Assembly (NCBI GenBank): GCA_903929765.1
Contig: CAIYVX010000033.1
Location: 5,037 to 69,036 of the forward strand
From: an uncultured Planctomycetia bacterium
GTDB lineage: Bacteria; Planctomycetota; Phycisphaerae; FEN-1346; JAACEH01
DNA: 64,000 nucleotides
Direction of reading: 5' to 3'
The notes under the pieces are model-generated. The model saw only the letters and a list, made by a program, of their open reading frames with translations, was not told the DNA's origin and made no database searches. How positions within the stretch are numbered: the stretch's first letter is position 1; each line of letters starts with the position of its first letter. This document shows, piece by piece, positions 9,997 to 21,249 of this stretch. A program made the position numbers and the translations under genes.

Positions 9997-11856
9997 CTAA
10001 GCTAACTCTTCGCCAGTTCCCGCCGACGGCAGAAATCCCTGGCTCTGCTGCCGCAACTCCTGCACCCGCCGGAGCATCCTGGCGTCTTCCTCTTCGGACT
10101 GGGCGGCGGCCTTATTTGGCCGCAACGCCTCCAATTCGTCCCGCGCATTCAAGCGCTTGAGGGTCGCCAGTGAATCCTCCAGCAACGCCGCTAACTTCTC
10201 ATCCTCTTCCTCCAGACCGACGAGTTCCGCGGCCAGTTCGGCCACCGGTTCTTCCTCGAGTCGGCCCCAGAGCAAGCCAATGCCCTTTGCGGCCAATTGC
10301 TCGTGCATCTCGACCATCTGCCCGTACAGTTTCCGGTGCAACTCGTACTTCATCATCTCCGCCGGCAACCGCGCCGCCGTTTCACCAATTCGCTGCGGCG
10401 CTGCCACCAGCACCTGCAAGATTAAACGCTCGGTCCGGCCGCGCAGACTGCCATAATCCGCCACCGGCTCAGATTTTTCTTCCTCGCGTCCGCCAGGCCC
10501 GACTTCATCTTCCCGCCGCGCCTGGCTCCGCGCCCGTTTGCTCAACTCCGCCAGCCGTTCGCGGAGGCTACGCTCCTCGACGCCCATTACGGCGGCCATG
10601 CGGCTCAGCACCAAGTCACGCTTCAGGCCGTCCTGGTTCTGCCCCCAGGCCGGCTGCGCCGCCAAAGCCTCCAGCATCGCCTCGACCGCCCGCCGACGCC
10701 CCGGCACCGTCTCGGCCTCGTCAAACTGTTGACGCACGAGCCGCCACTTGAATTCCAGCGCTTCCGGCGCCGCGTCCACCAGAGCCGCAAATTCGTCTTT
10801 CCGACCGGCCAGCAGAAAATCGCACGGGTCGAGGTCGTCCGGGAGCGTCACAATTCGAACGCTCAGTTCCTCTTCCAGAAAAATCTGGACCGCCCGGTCC
10901 GCTGCGTTCTGCCCTGCGGCGTCGCCATCGTAAATCAGCACCACCTCGTCCACGAACCGTTTCAGCAGCCGCACATGGCTCCGCGTCAGGCTCGTGCCGA
11001 GCGTTGCCACCACGTTTTCAAGCCCCGCCTGGTGGGCCATCATGCAGTCCGTGTAGCCCTCCATCACGATCACGCGCCGCGAGGCCGTCATCTCGTCCCG
11101 GGCCAGCGTCAGGCCGTAGAGATTGTTGCTCTTGTTGAACACCACCGTTTCCGGCGAGTTCAAATATTTCGCCGGATCGTCGCCCAGCGTGCGACCGCCG
11201 AAGGCAATCGGGCGGTTCAAACTGTCAAAGATCGGAAAAATCAAACGGTTGCGAAACCGATCATAAAATCCGCCGCCTTCGCTGCGCGGCACCACCAGCC
11301 CGGCGGCCAGGAGCAACTGTTCGCTCACGCCGCGCTTCCCGGCCGCCTTGAGCATGGCGTCCCATGCATCGGGGGCCAAACCGAGCCGGTAGGTTTTCAC
11401 CGTCTCGTCGGTGAAGCCGCGCCGGGCGATATATTCGCGGCCGAGCCGACCCCCCGCCGGCTCGGCCAAAATCCGTTCGAAGACCTGCATCGCCCAGGCC
11501 ACCGTCTTAAAGACGCGGCTGCGGTCAGGTTCGTTCGGATTTTTCTCTTCGCGCCGCTCTTCCTCCAAGACGATACCGGCCCGATCCGCCAGCATCCGCA
11601 CCGCCTCGGGGAACGTCACGTTCTCCCGGGCCATGACAAACTGAAACACCGAGCCGCCCTTGCCGCAGCCGAAACATTTGAAAATCTGCTTCGCCGGGCT
11701 GACGTTGAAACTGGGCGTCTTCTCGGCATGAAACGGGCAGCAGGCCTTAAAATCCTTCCCGCCGCGCTTCAGCGGCAGATAGGACGAGACCACCTCGACG
11801 ATGTCGTTGGCGCGCTGAATCTCCTCGATCTTGGCTTCCGACCATCTCGGCGACAT
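9997..11856 (-). CDS. dnaG: DNA primase
   Basis: Zinc finger [29 protein letters not shown] and TOPRIM region [13 protein letters not shown]...YDGDAAG. Classic dnaG-rpoD linkage. ATG chosen at 11856 ([13 protein letters not shown]). Confidence 0.9.
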   Translation of the reverse strand: MSPRWSEAKIEEIQRANDIVEVVSSYLPLKRGGKDFKACCPFHAEKTPSFNVSPAKQIFKCFGCGKGGSVFQFVMARENVTFPEAVRMLADRAGIVLEEERREEKNPNEPDRSRVFKTVAWAMQVFERILAEPAGGRLGREYIARRGFTDETVKTYRLGLAPDAWDAMLKAAGKRGVSEQLLLAAGLVVPRSEGGGFYDRFRNRLIFPIFDSLNRPIAFGGRTLGDDPAKYLNSPETVVFNKSNNLYGLTLARDEMTASRRVIVMEGYTDCMMAHQAGLENVVATLGTSLTRSHVRLLKRFVDEVVLIYDGDAAGQNAADRAVQIFLEEELSVRIVTLPDDLDPCDFLLAGRKDEFAALVDAAPEALEFKWRLVRQQFDEAETVPGRRRAVEAMLEALAAQPAWGQNQDGLKRDLVLSRMAAVMGVEERSLRERLAELSKRARSQARREDEVGPGGREEEKSEPVADYGSLRGRTERLILQVLVAAPQRIGETAARLPAEMMKYELHRKLYGQMVEMHEQLAAKGIGLLWGRLEEEPVAELAAELVGLEEEDEKLAALLEDSLATLKRLNARDELEALRPNKAAAQSEEEDARMLRRVQELRQQSQGFLPSAGTGEELA

Positions 11857-12379
11857 TGCACTCCGCGCCTCCAGCGGGGCGACAATCCCCCCGCTGAAGC
11901 CTTTCACGGCTTGAAGTTAAACACCTTTTTCAGTTGGTCAGACTGAAAAAACGGCCCGGTCTCTGCTCCCCGGGCAGTTCAGAAATTTCACGCGCATCGA
12001 CGCCGCTACCCAAGCCGCACCGACGTGGCTACACCGTGCCGGACGTTCGCAGCAGTCTACAGCCACGCAAGTATAGCTTATTAATTGTCTATAGTCAAGA
12101 ATCGGCGTGCTGAAATGATCTTTCAGACGCCGTTTTACCAGTCAACGGCAGTTGCTAACCCATTGTCCCTGTTGAAGATAAGGCCAGATCTTCGCCAGGC
12201 CAGACCAGATAGGCCAGATTTATAAGCTATTGACTTCCCGCCCGACCTTTCCCAGGTGTCCAGTTGCCGGAGGCTCTTTCTCGTTCCATTTTATGTCGCC
12301 TCACGATAAACTGTGAGTGCTCAGGGAGTGTCATGGTCTGCAAAAGCAGACAGGCCATGACAAGACAAGGAGAAGCCGC

Positions 12380-13063
12380 TTGCCCATCCCGCTCACCTCA
12401 TACGCTCGCCGGGAAATCCTCCTCTATGGCGGCATCCCTCTCCTGATCACGGCCGCCGTCGCGGTCTTTTTCTGGCCGCACTGGTATGTCGCCCTCGGCC
12501 CTGCCGTCATCACCGCCTGGGCCTTTTCATTTTTCCGCGACCCCAACCGCCGCGTGCCTCAGGGAAAAAACCTCCTCCTTGCTCCCGCCGACGGCCGCAT
12601 CACCCACGTCGAAACCCTTGAGTCCGCGCCGCCGGAACTCGGTTGCCCCGGCCCGGCGCTGCGAATTTCGATTTTCCTCTCCGTCTTCAATTGCCACCTG
12701 AACCGCGCCCCCTGCGCCGGCCGCATCGACCGCATCGTCTACAAACCCGGCCAGTACGTCAACGCCCTGCGCGGCGACAGCGCCGTCCTCAACGAGCAGA
12801 ACATCATCGTCCTCACCGCCGACGCCGTCGGCCGGCCCGTCCTGGTCCGCCAGGTCTCCGGGGCCATCGCCCGCCGCATTGTCTGCGCCGTCAAAGAAGG
12901 CGACCATTTGGAAACCGGACAGCGATTTGGTATGATCAAGTTCGGCAGCCGCACCGACCTGGTCATCCCGGCCGACGTCGCCGTGGAACTGGGCGTCAAG
13001 ATCGGCGACCGCGTTAAGGCCGGGCTGACGGTTCTTGGCCGCTTCGCCGGAGGCGAGGCTTGA
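12380..13063 (+). CDS. psd: Phosphatidylserine decarboxylase (short form)
   Basis: FRDPNR, LAPADGRI, and the FGSRTD self-cleavage Gly-Ser motif. Start chosen at TTG 12380, preceded by AAGGAG; the track ORF begins at 12317. Confidence 0.8.
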   Translation: MPIPLTSYARREILLYGGIPLLITAAVAVFFWPHWYVALGPAVITAWAFSFFRDPNRRVPQGKNLLLAPADGRITHVETLESAPPELGCPGPALRISIFLSVFNCHLNRAPCAGRIDRIVYKPGQYVNALRGDSAVLNEQNIIVLTADAVGRPVLVRQVSGAIARRIVCAVKEGDHLETGQRFGMIKFGSRTDLVIPADVAVELGVKIGDRVKAGLTVLGRFAGGEA

Positions 13064-13091
13064 TTACCACGGGGCAGGGGGGAGGCAACAG

Positions 13092-13943
13092 ATGAAAATG
13101 CGACCGATCGCTGTGCTTCCCGCCCTGGTTACTCTCGGCAACGCCGTCTGCGGCTTTCTCTCCATCGCCATCGTCGCCAAAAGCCCCTCCGTCGCCACAC
13201 CCGAGGGCCTCGTCCCCTTCATCGTCGCGGGGTACCTGATTTACCTGGCCATGATTTTCGACGGCCTCGACGGCCGCGTGGCCCGCTTCGCCCGCGTCAC
13301 CAGCGATTTCGGCGGCCAGCTCGACAGCCTCTCCGACGCCATCTCCTTCGGCGTCGCCCCGGCGGTCCTGGCCTACCGCATGTTCTTCGACATCGTCCCC
13401 AACAACGCCATTGCCGACCACCCCTTCCCGTTCCAGCGTATCGCCATGGCCTTCGGCGCCGCCTATGCCGGCTGCGCCCTCCTTCGCCTGGCCCGCTTCA
13501 ACGTCGAAAACGTCCACGATGAGGAAGCCCATCTCTCCTTTCGCGGCCTGCCCAGCCCGGCCGCCGCCGGCGCCGTCACCAGCCTCTGCATCCTGATTCT
13601 CTACCTCTGGCGCGACCAGGAATATCCTGCCCTGGCCAATGGCCTCCTCTGGGCCATGCCTCTGGTGCTCCTGGCCACGGGCCTGCTCATGGTCTCCACC
13701 GTGCGCTATGTGCACCTGGTCAACCAACTGATCCGCGGTCGCCGCCCCCTGAGTTACGTCGTCCAGATCATCTTCTGCGTTGTCCTCCTGCTCCTGCTGC
13801 ACGAGAAGGCCTTCGCCCTGCTCTTCGTCGCATACGCCCTCTCGGGCCCGGTACTTTTGGTTTACCGCAAGCTGACCCGTGCCGGCCGCGCCGCCGAAGT
13901 CCGCCCCGCCCAACGCCCCGGCGATCCGCCGGAAAAAATCTAG
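13092..13943 (+). CDS. pssA: CDP-diacylglycerol--serine O-phosphatidyltransferase
   Basis: CDP-alcohol phosphatidyltransferase motif DGLDGRVARFARVTSDFGGQLDSLSDAISFG. Multiple TM segments. GGAGG before ATG 13092. Confidence 0.85.
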   Translation: MKMRPIAVLPALVTLGNAVCGFLSIAIVAKSPSVATPEGLVPFIVAGYLIYLAMIFDGLDGRVARFARVTSDFGGQLDSLSDAISFGVAPAVLAYRMFFDIVPNNAIADHPFPFQRIAMAFGAAYAGCALLRLARFNVENVHDEEAHLSFRGLPSPAAAGAVTSLCILILYLWRDQEYPALANGLLWAMPLVLLATGLLMVSTVRYVHLVNQLIRGRRPLSYVVQIIFCVVLLLLLHEKAFALLFVAYALSGPVLLVYRKLTRAGRAAEVRPAQRPGDPPEKI

Positions 13944-14044
13944 TTTTGTTGCTATTTCTTCACTCCTCTCACTTGACGTGAGAGGGTAGGGTGGGGTGCG
14001 CCTGATGCACTCAAATTACCGGAGGAGTGTTGTTGCCGTTGCTG

Positions 14045-14719
14045 TTAAAACGGTTCCCGCGGTTCGCCTTCTTCCAGAAATTTCTGGAGCGGACACCCGG
14101 CGCACACCGGCGCTTGTTTTTTGCAATGGAGCTTCCCGGCCCGCACCAGCAAGGCGTGATATTCCTGCCACACGGCCACGTCTTTTTCCACCGACCCCGC
14201 AAAGGCCTCCTGCAACGTCTCGTAATCGGCGTCCAGATCGACGATCCCGTGCCGGAAGGCGAGGCGCAGCGTGTAGGCGTCGACCACGAAGACCGGCCGC
14301 TGGGCGGCATAGAGCACGATCGAATCCGCCGTCTCCCGGCCGATGCCGCGCACGGCCAGCACCGCCTCGCGCAGCCGCTCCGTCGGCAACTCGAAGAGCT
14401 GCTCCAGCGATCCGTCGTACTCTTCCACCACCAGGCGCAGAAAATTCCGCAGCCGGCCCGCCTTGACGTTGAAATACCCGGCCGGACGAATCAGTTCCGC
14501 CAATTCCTGCTCCGGCAGGGCCCAGAGCGCCGGCACCTGGAGTGCCCCCGCCGCCTTCAGATTCTCAATCGCCCGCTCCACGTTCCGCCAGGCCGTGTTC
14601 TGCGTCAGAATCGCCCCGACGCAAACCTCCAGCGGCGTCTCGGCCGGCCACCAGCCCTGCGGCCCCCAGGCCGCCAGCAGCGCCTCGTAGAATTCTCGCA
14701 CCTTCTCGCCGGCTCGCAT
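14045..14719 (-). CDS. Endonuclease III-like HhH-GPD base-excision repair protein
   Basis: ILTQNTAWRNVERAI, an HhH-GPD region GIGRETADSIVLYA, and a C-terminal Cys cluster CKKQAPVCAGCPL. Confidence 0.75.
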   Translation of the reverse strand: MRAGEKVREFYEALLAAWGPQGWWPAETPLEVCVGAILTQNTAWRNVERAIENLKAAGALQVPALWALPEQELAELIRPAGYFNVKAGRLRNFLRLVVEEYDGSLEQLFELPTERLREAVLAVRGIGRETADSIVLYAAQRPVFVVDAYTLRLAFRHGIVDLDADYETLQEAFAGSVEKDVAVWQEYHALLVRAGKLHCKKQAPVCAGCPLQKFLEEGEPREPF

Positions 14720-14764
14720 CGTCTACTCCGATCAAACTCTTCCGCTTGCAATTTGCAGTGAAGA

Positions 14765-15547
14765 ATGATAAACCTCTTGCCCATGCCGGACAAGAACAAA
14801 GCATCCTCCCGCGCCCCGCGCCGCCCCGCCGGCGGAAAAGCTAAGGTGATGACCGGCCCGTATCCTGCACTGGTCCAGGCCGCGGCGCTGGCCCCGTTTC
14901 TACTCCTCTACGAAATTGCCGTCTTCTTTGCCGCCCGTAGCGGCGCCGCCAATCCGCTCGACGCGCTCCTCCACCACGGCCTTGCCCGCCTCGGACTGGT
15001 TCCGTTTTATCTCCCGGGTCTCCTGATCCTGCTCATTCTCCTCCTCCTCCACCTCTTTCGCGGCGACCCCTGGAAAGTCTCTCCCGCCGACGTCTGGAAA
15101 CTCTGGGGCGAGTCGCTCCTCTGGCTCGTGCCGCTCGTCGTCATGTATCTGCTCTTTACCATGAACTGGCAGGAACTTTCCTCCCGCCTCAGCCTGGGCG
15201 ACGTCCATGTCGGTCGCCTCTACTCCACGGTCGTCTACCACATCGGCGTCGGGCTGTTCGAGGAATTTCTCTTCCGCCTGATTCTGCTCTCCGCCCTGCT
15301 GGTCATCGCCCAGCGGCTTTTTTCGCTGCCGCTCGGCGCCGCCCAGATCGTCGCCATCTGCCTCTCCGCCGCCATCTTCTCCGCCGCCCACCACTTCGTC
15401 GGCGCCGCCCCGTACACCCCCGTCATCTTCCTCTTCCGCACCGCCGCCGGAATTTATCTAGGAACCATCTTCGTCCTGCGCGGCTTCGCCACGGCGGTTC
15501 TTGTCCATGCCGGGTTCAATGTTTTTCTGGCGGTATTGGGTGTGTGA
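14765..15547 (+). CDS. CPBP family intramembrane glutamic endopeptidase (CAAX protease-like)
   Basis: Motifs EEFLFRLILL, FSAAHH and VHAGFN in a polytopic membrane protein. Start uncertain. Confidence 0.75.
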   Translation: MINLLPMPDKNKASSRAPRRPAGGKAKVMTGPYPALVQAAALAPFLLLYEIAVFFAARSGAANPLDALLHHGLARLGLVPFYLPGLLILLILLLLHLFRGDPWKVSPADVWKLWGESLLWLVPLVVMYLLFTMNWQELSSRLSLGDVHVGRLYSTVVYHIGVGLFEEFLFRLILLSALLVIAQRLFSLPLGAAQIVAICLSAAIFSAAHHFVGAAPYTPVIFLFRTAAGIYLGTIFVLRGFATAVLVHAGFNVFLAVLGV

Positions 15548-15596
15548 AAGTGTGGGTAGTTGCGGAGTGGTGTGTGCAAGCACGCACCCTACACAA

Positions 15597-16652
<1,056 letters not shown>

Positions 16653-16661
16653 GGCGATTCC

Positions 16662-17282
16662 TTATCTTACCGAATGCCTGAAACAATCCTGAATCAGCTT
16701 CTCCGCCGTATCCGCCTTGCTTCCGCCGGCCAGGACGCGGCCGACCAGTTCTTCCGCCTCGTTGCGGCGGTAGCCGAGCTGCACCAGCGCGTCGATGGCC
16801 TCGACCTGAAATCCTCCGCCAACCGGCGCGCGACGAACCGCCTCCAGTTGTCCCGTGAAGAAGCCCTGAAGCTTGCCGTTCAACTCCGCGATGATCTTCT
16901 CCGCCGTCCGTTTTCCGATGCCCGGCAGATGCGACAGGGCGTTGATGTCGCGGCTCTCGATGGCCAGGGCGATCTCGCCCGTCGGCACGGTCATAGCCTT
17001 CAACCCCTTGTTGATGCCCAGCCCCGGCACCGTGATGAACCGCAGAAAAAAGTCGCGCTCGCTCTCGCTCAGAAAGCCGATCAGTTGCGGCGTCAGGCTG
17101 CCGAAGCTCGGGTTCCCGGCGATGTACTCCAGCGTGAACAGCGTCACCCGCTGTCCCACCCGCGCCTCCAACTCCGGCCGGCTCACCGCCGGCACGAACA
17201 CCTCGTAGGTCAGGTCGTCGATGTCCAGGTAGACGCTCGTCGGACGCACCTCGCTCACCGTGCCGCGAATCCGGGCGATCAT
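16662..17282 (-). CDS. ruvA: Holliday junction DNA-binding protein RuvA
   Basis: MIARIRGT N-terminus, HhH motifs (LPGIGKRTAEKII), C-terminal domain III. Ends 9 nt upstream of ruvB. Confidence 0.9.
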   Translation of the reverse strand: MIARIRGTVSEVRPTSVYLDIDDLTYEVFVPAVSRPELEARVGQRVTLFTLEYIAGNPSFGSLTPQLIGFLSESERDFFLRFITVPGLGINKGLKAMTVPTGEIALAIESRDINALSHLPGIGKRTAEKIIAELNGKLQGFFTGQLEAVRRAPVGGGFQVEAIDALVQLGYRRNEAEELVGRVLAGGSKADTAEKLIQDCFRHSVR

Positions 17283-17396
17283 TTTTGTTTCCTCTTCTTC
17301 TTTTTCACCCCTCCCCCTTGAGGGAGGGTAGGGTGAGGGTGTCGCCGTTTCTTCTTCTTTTTCTTCTTGAAACTTTTTACTTTTACCTTTTACCTT

Positions 17397-17891
17397 TTAC
17401 CTTCTTCCTATCCCCGTCGTGCACCTCGCATGACACAACGCAATCGCCAGCGCATCCGCCACGTCCGGCGGTTCCGGCGGCGCCTTCAGATTAAACGCCG
17501 ATTGCACCGCCAACTGGATCTGTCGCTTTCCCGCGTGCCCCGCGTTGGCCACCGACTGCTTGATCCGGTTCGGGGCGTAGCTGTGCACCGGAATTTCCGC
17601 TGCCGCAGCCGCCAGAAAAATCACGCCGCGCGCGTGGCCCATCAGAATCGCCGTTCGCGGATGGTTGTAAGTCGAAAAAAGTTGCTCCACCACCGCCACG
17701 TCCGGCTTGAACTCGCCGATCACCTCGACCAGTCCATCATAGATTTCCTTCAGCCGAACCTCCAGCGTTTTCCGCGCATCCGCCCGAATCACTCCCGCTT
17801 CCACCAGCACCAGCCCCCGCGCCACCACGTCCACCACCCCGTAGCCCGTCCGCTGCAACCCAGGATCGATTCCAAGAATTCGCATCCGCAT
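17397..17891 (-). CDS. ruvC: Crossover junction endodeoxyribonuclease RuvC
   Basis: MRMRILGIDPGLQRTGYGVV and the C-terminal ADALAIALCH motif. ATG 17891 lies 5 nt after the stop of the upstream gene. Confidence 0.9.
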   Translation of the reverse strand: MRMRILGIDPGLQRTGYGVVDVVARGLVLVEAGVIRADARKTLEVRLKEIYDGLVEVIGEFKPDVAVVEQLFSTYNHPRTAILMGHARGVIFLAAAAAEIPVHSYAPNRIKQSVANAGHAGKRQIQLAVQSAFNLKAPPEPPDVADALAIALCHARCTTGIGRR

Positions 17892-17896
17892 TCTCA

Positions 17897-18877
17897 CTAA
17901 TTGGGCCGGGTGCCATGGCCGCCGAATTCCTTCCACGTCTGAATCATCGCCCGATAGTTCGCCATCGGCACTTCCGACTGGACGGCATTGGAGGCCCCCA
18001 GCACGAAACCGCCTCCCGCCTTGCTCGTCTCCAGGAGTTCCCGGGTCGCCTGGCGGACCTGGTCCGGCCGGCCGGTGAGCAGCAGGCCGCAGTCGATGTT
18101 GCCGCACAGGCAGAGCCGGTTTCCGACAATCTCTCTGGCCTGGCTCATCTCCATCCCGGCGACCGGATCGATGGCTTGCAGCGCGTCCAACCCGGTGGCC
18201 GCAATGGCGTCCAGATGCCGCGTCAGGTTTCCGTCGCTATGCAGGATGGTGAACATACCCAGCCGTCTGATTTCGTCCGACCATTTCGTCAGGTACGGCA
18301 GAACCCAGCGCTCCATCTGCGCGGGGCTGAAAAAAGGACCAGAATTGTCCGCCATATCCGAGGGCGAAATGACCGCCTCCACCCCGCAATCGCGGAACCG
18401 CTTCGCCGCTTCGAGAGCGCCGCTAATACATTCCTCCGCCTGTTTGTCTATGCTTTCCGGATCATCGAAAAGTCGTTGGCAGAAATCTACCGAATAGTCC
18501 GCGCCGATGATGCCACCAGTGCTCGCGAAGAGCATCAGATCCGGCGGGGCGACCTCCCGCAGGATTTTGATCTGTCGCAAACGGGCCTCGCCCGGCAGGA
18601 CGTAATACGCCAAGACTCCCGGTGATTGTTCCCAGTAGGGGCCGGGCACGGACAGCGCTGCATACCCCATTTCCACCGACGTGGCCACCAATATCTCCGC
18701 GTTGGCCCGCAAGGCCTTATCCTGTTCCTGCTGGGACAACGTCTCAAATTCGTGCCCCAAAACGACGTGTCGGCCGGACGCCGCATCCCAGGCCTGAAAC
18801 TCCAGTTCCCAAACGGGCACCGCGCCCTCCGGCTTCTGTTTTTGCAGGGCCGCTCGCATATCCTCTCTTTTTCCCAC
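17897..18877 (-). CDS. Uroporphyrinogen decarboxylase (URO-D) family protein, MtaA/CmuA-like methyltransferase-type
   Basis: About 326-aa URO-D family layout (ILHSDGN, LDALQAIDP, CLCGNID). No exact function can be assigned. Confidence 0.7.
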   Translation of the reverse strand: MGKREDMRAALQKQKPEGAVPVWELEFQAWDAASGRHVVLGHEFETLSQQEQDKALRANAEILVATSVEMGYAALSVPGPYWEQSPGVLAYYVLPGEARLRQIKILREVAPPDLMLFASTGGIIGADYSVDFCQRLFDDPESIDKQAEECISGALEAAKRFRDCGVEAVISPSDMADNSGPFFSPAQMERWVLPYLTKWSDEIRRLGMFTILHSDGNLTRHLDAIAATGLDALQAIDPVAGMEMSQAREIVGNRLCLCGNIDCGLLLTGRPDQVRQATRELLETSKAGGGFVLGASNAVQSEVPMANYRAMIQTWKEFGGHGTRPN

Positions 18878-18995
18878 GAGTCACTCCGCTAAAACTCAGC
18901 CGTTATGTAGGGCGGTTGCTTGACAACCGCCACAGTAAAATGCTCTTCTTCCGATTGCTGTTTCTGTTTTTACCGCTCGCCTACCAGAAACGCCG

Positions 18996-19037
18996 GGTGG
19001 CATGGTCCGGCGCAGACGGGCCATGAAGAATAACCGC
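18996..19037 (+). repeat. REP-like element copy 3
   Basis: ggtggcatggtccggcgcagacgggccatgaagaataaccgc; 41/42 identical to the reverse complement of 8189-8230. Confidence 0.85.
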
Positions 19038-19174
19038 CCGAAGATCATTCTACTTCTCCCCCCAACCCCCCGCAAGTCAACCCCGTCGCACGCCCACTGG
19101 ATTCTCACCGCTCCCCGCGTTAGAATGACTTGGTTACGACAATTGTTTTCCGCGAAGGTCCTCGGGGATATGTA

Positions 19175-19489
19175 ATGGACGACAAGCTAAAGGAATGCCT
19201 CGAAAAATTGCACGACGCCACTCTTGTGGGTGTTTATGTTGACTGGGGCAGCGGCGAGGTTAGGTTTGACCTTGAAACTGGTATGACCAAAGGGCACGAG
19301 ATTGTCAAAATCCGGGGTCGTGGACTAACGTTCCTTGATTGCCCGAGACGTTACCCCTGGGGCCCGAGTGAATCTGTGAACTCCGTATGGGCCGAGAAAG
19401 TTGTTGGGAACGTCACCCAACTGAACGTGGAAATGCAAAGTGGCGACGTGATCATTGCCATTGTTAATGAATTTGTGGTCGATTTATAA
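19175..19489 (+). CDS. Hypothetical protein (low-GC orphan ORF)
   Basis: Intact ORF of about 104 aa from ATG 19175. Visibly lower GC than its flanks. No motif recognised. Confidence 0.4.
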   Translation: MDDKLKECLEKLHDATLVGVYVDWGSGEVRFDLETGMTKGHEIVKIRGRGLTFLDCPRRYPWGPSESVNSVWAEKVVGNVTQLNVEMQSGDVIIAIVNEFVVDL

Positions 19490-19529
19490 ATTAGCTGCTG
19501 AATTTTTCCGCAAAAATCTAAGGACGCCC

Positions 19530-21158
19530 ATGACCCTTACCGATTCCCCCAACACCCTCACCTACACCGGCCACGCCGTCCCGCCCCTTCCGCGCGGACT
19601 GCCCAAGACCGTCACCAGCCTCTGCCCCGAATGCCGCCGCACCATCCCCGCCGAAATCCGCGACGTCGCCGGTGCGGTCCGCATGTTCAAAGCCTGCCCC
19701 GACCACGGACCCTTCGAGGACATCATCTGGTCCGACACCAAGCTCTACCTCAAGGCCGAGGACTATTTCTACGGCGAGGGCAGGGGGTTGGAAAATCCCA
19801 ACACCGATGCCGCCGAGGCCGATTGCCCCAACGGTTGCGGCCTCTGCGGCCACCACCTCAGCCACACCGCCCTCGCCAACATCGACCTCACCAACCGTTG
19901 CAACCTCCAATGCCCGATCTGTTTCGCCAACGCCGGCGCCCAGGGCTACGTCGTCGAACCGACCTTCGACCAGATCCTCGGCATGTTGCGCACCCTGCGC
20001 GAAATGCAGCCCGTCCCCGCCCGCGTCATCCAGTTCTCCGGCGGCGAACCGACGCTCCACCCGCGCTTCCTCGATTGCCTCCGCGCCGCCCGCGACATGG
20101 GCTTCTCCCACCTCCAGATCGCCACCAACGGCATCCGCTTCGCCCAGGAACCCGATTTCGCCAAGCAGTGTGAGGAAGCAGGCCTCCACGATCTCTACCT
20201 CCAGTTCGACGGTCTCTCCGACGACATTTACAGGCAAACCCGCAACCGCAACCTCTGGGACCTCAAGCAACGCGCCGTCGAAGCCGTCTCCGCCACCGAC
20301 ATGAAAATCGTCCTCGTCCCCACCATCGTGCGCGGCGTCAACGACCACCAGGTCGGCGGCATCGTCAACTACGCTCTCGCCCACATCAACACCGTCGCCG
20401 GCATTTCCTTCCAGCCCGTCGCCTTCTGCGGCCGCATCGCCGCCGAAGAACGCCTCGCCAAACGCTACACCCTTTCCGACCTCGCCCACGACATCAGCCG
20501 CCAGACCGGCCTCACCGACCCCGACCGCGATTTCTTCCCGCTCTCCTGCGTCCAGCCCTTCACCCGCCTGGTCAACGCCCTCCGCGACCAGCCGACCATC
20601 AACCTGACCTGCCACCCGCACTGTTCCTTGGGCACATATATGTTCATGGGACGCGACGGCCGCGCCGTTCCCATTCCTGCCTTCATCGACCTGCCCAACT
20701 TCCTCGCCGACATGAACCGCCTCGCCGGAAAGGCCGAAGGCGGTCGCAGCCGCCTCCTCGCCCAGGCCTCCGCTTTCCAGAAACTTTACAAGCACTGGCG
20801 CTCCGCCGGCGCCCCCGCCGGCATGTCTTTCACCGACCTGCTCCACACCCTCAACGGCATGATCGACAAGAAGGTCGGCCGCGGCGAAGGCGAGAAAAAA
20901 ACCTTCAAATCCCTGATGGTCGCCGGCATGCACTTCATGGACGCCTACAACTACGACACCGCCCGGGCCCGCCGCTGCGTCATTCACTATTCCACGCCCG
21001 ACGCCCGGCTCTACTCCTTCTGCACCTACAACGCCGGCCCCTGCCACCGCGACGCCACCGAGCGCCGCCAGGCCCTGACCCCCGCCGAATACCAAGCCCG
21101 AACCAAGCAGGGTGATGCTTGCAGTCACGCGGTCGATAAATATGCAGGGGGCTGCTAG
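19530..21158 (+). CDS. Radical SAM protein with N-terminal Cys/His zinc-ribbon; architecture resembles class-D radical SAM / tetraether lipid synthase (Tes, GDGT-MAS)
   Basis: CNLQCPICFA (CX3CX2C) radical SAM cluster. N-terminal SLCPECRRTIPAEI...CPDHGPFEDIIWSD. Cys-rich C-terminal part (CHPHCSLG, CVIHYS...FCTYNAGPC). AAGGA before ATG 19530. The family call is from memory of MJ0619-type proteins. Confidence 0.8.
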   Translation: MTLTDSPNTLTYTGHAVPPLPRGLPKTVTSLCPECRRTIPAEIRDVAGAVRMFKACPDHGPFEDIIWSDTKLYLKAEDYFYGEGRGLENPNTDAAEADCPNGCGLCGHHLSHTALANIDLTNRCNLQCPICFANAGAQGYVVEPTFDQILGMLRTLREMQPVPARVIQFSGGEPTLHPRFLDCLRAARDMGFSHLQIATNGIRFAQEPDFAKQCEEAGLHDLYLQFDGLSDDIYRQTRNRNLWDLKQRAVEAVSATDMKIVLVPTIVRGVNDHQVGGIVNYALAHINTVAGISFQPVAFCGRIAAEERLAKRYTLSDLAHDISRQTGLTDPDRDFFPLSCVQPFTRLVNALRDQPTINLTCHPHCSLGTYMFMGRDGRAVPIPAFIDLPNFLADMNRLAGKAEGGRSRLLAQASAFQKLYKHWRSAGAPAGMSFTDLLHTLNGMIDKKVGRGEGEKKTFKSLMVAGMHFMDAYNYDTARARRCVIHYSTPDARLYSFCTYNAGPCHRDATERRQALTPAEYQARTKQGDACSHAVDKYAGGC

Positions 21159-21249
21159 CATGCACTAATCGCTCCCACCAATCTATTTTGCGATTTGTGG
21201 TGTTAATAGTAATAATGGGAGGCTGAAGTTTCTTTCAAAGGAAAAGCCT

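Noticed and set aside
11927-11950. Hairpin TTTTTCAGT-tggtcag-ACTGAAAAA upstream of dnaG, considered as a terminator.
   Set aside because: No gene ends nearby on either strand within the window (it lies in the divergent dnaG/psd control region). The stem is A/T-only and weak, so its function is undetermined.
17283-17396. Pyrimidine-rich ruvC-ruvA spacer with TTTTACC x3 tandem repeat; considered as a distinct regulatory element.
   Set aside because: It is a short low-complexity microsatellite next to a member of the CCCTCCC/GGGAGGG-GTAGGGTG hairpin family already reported. There is no further evidence for function.
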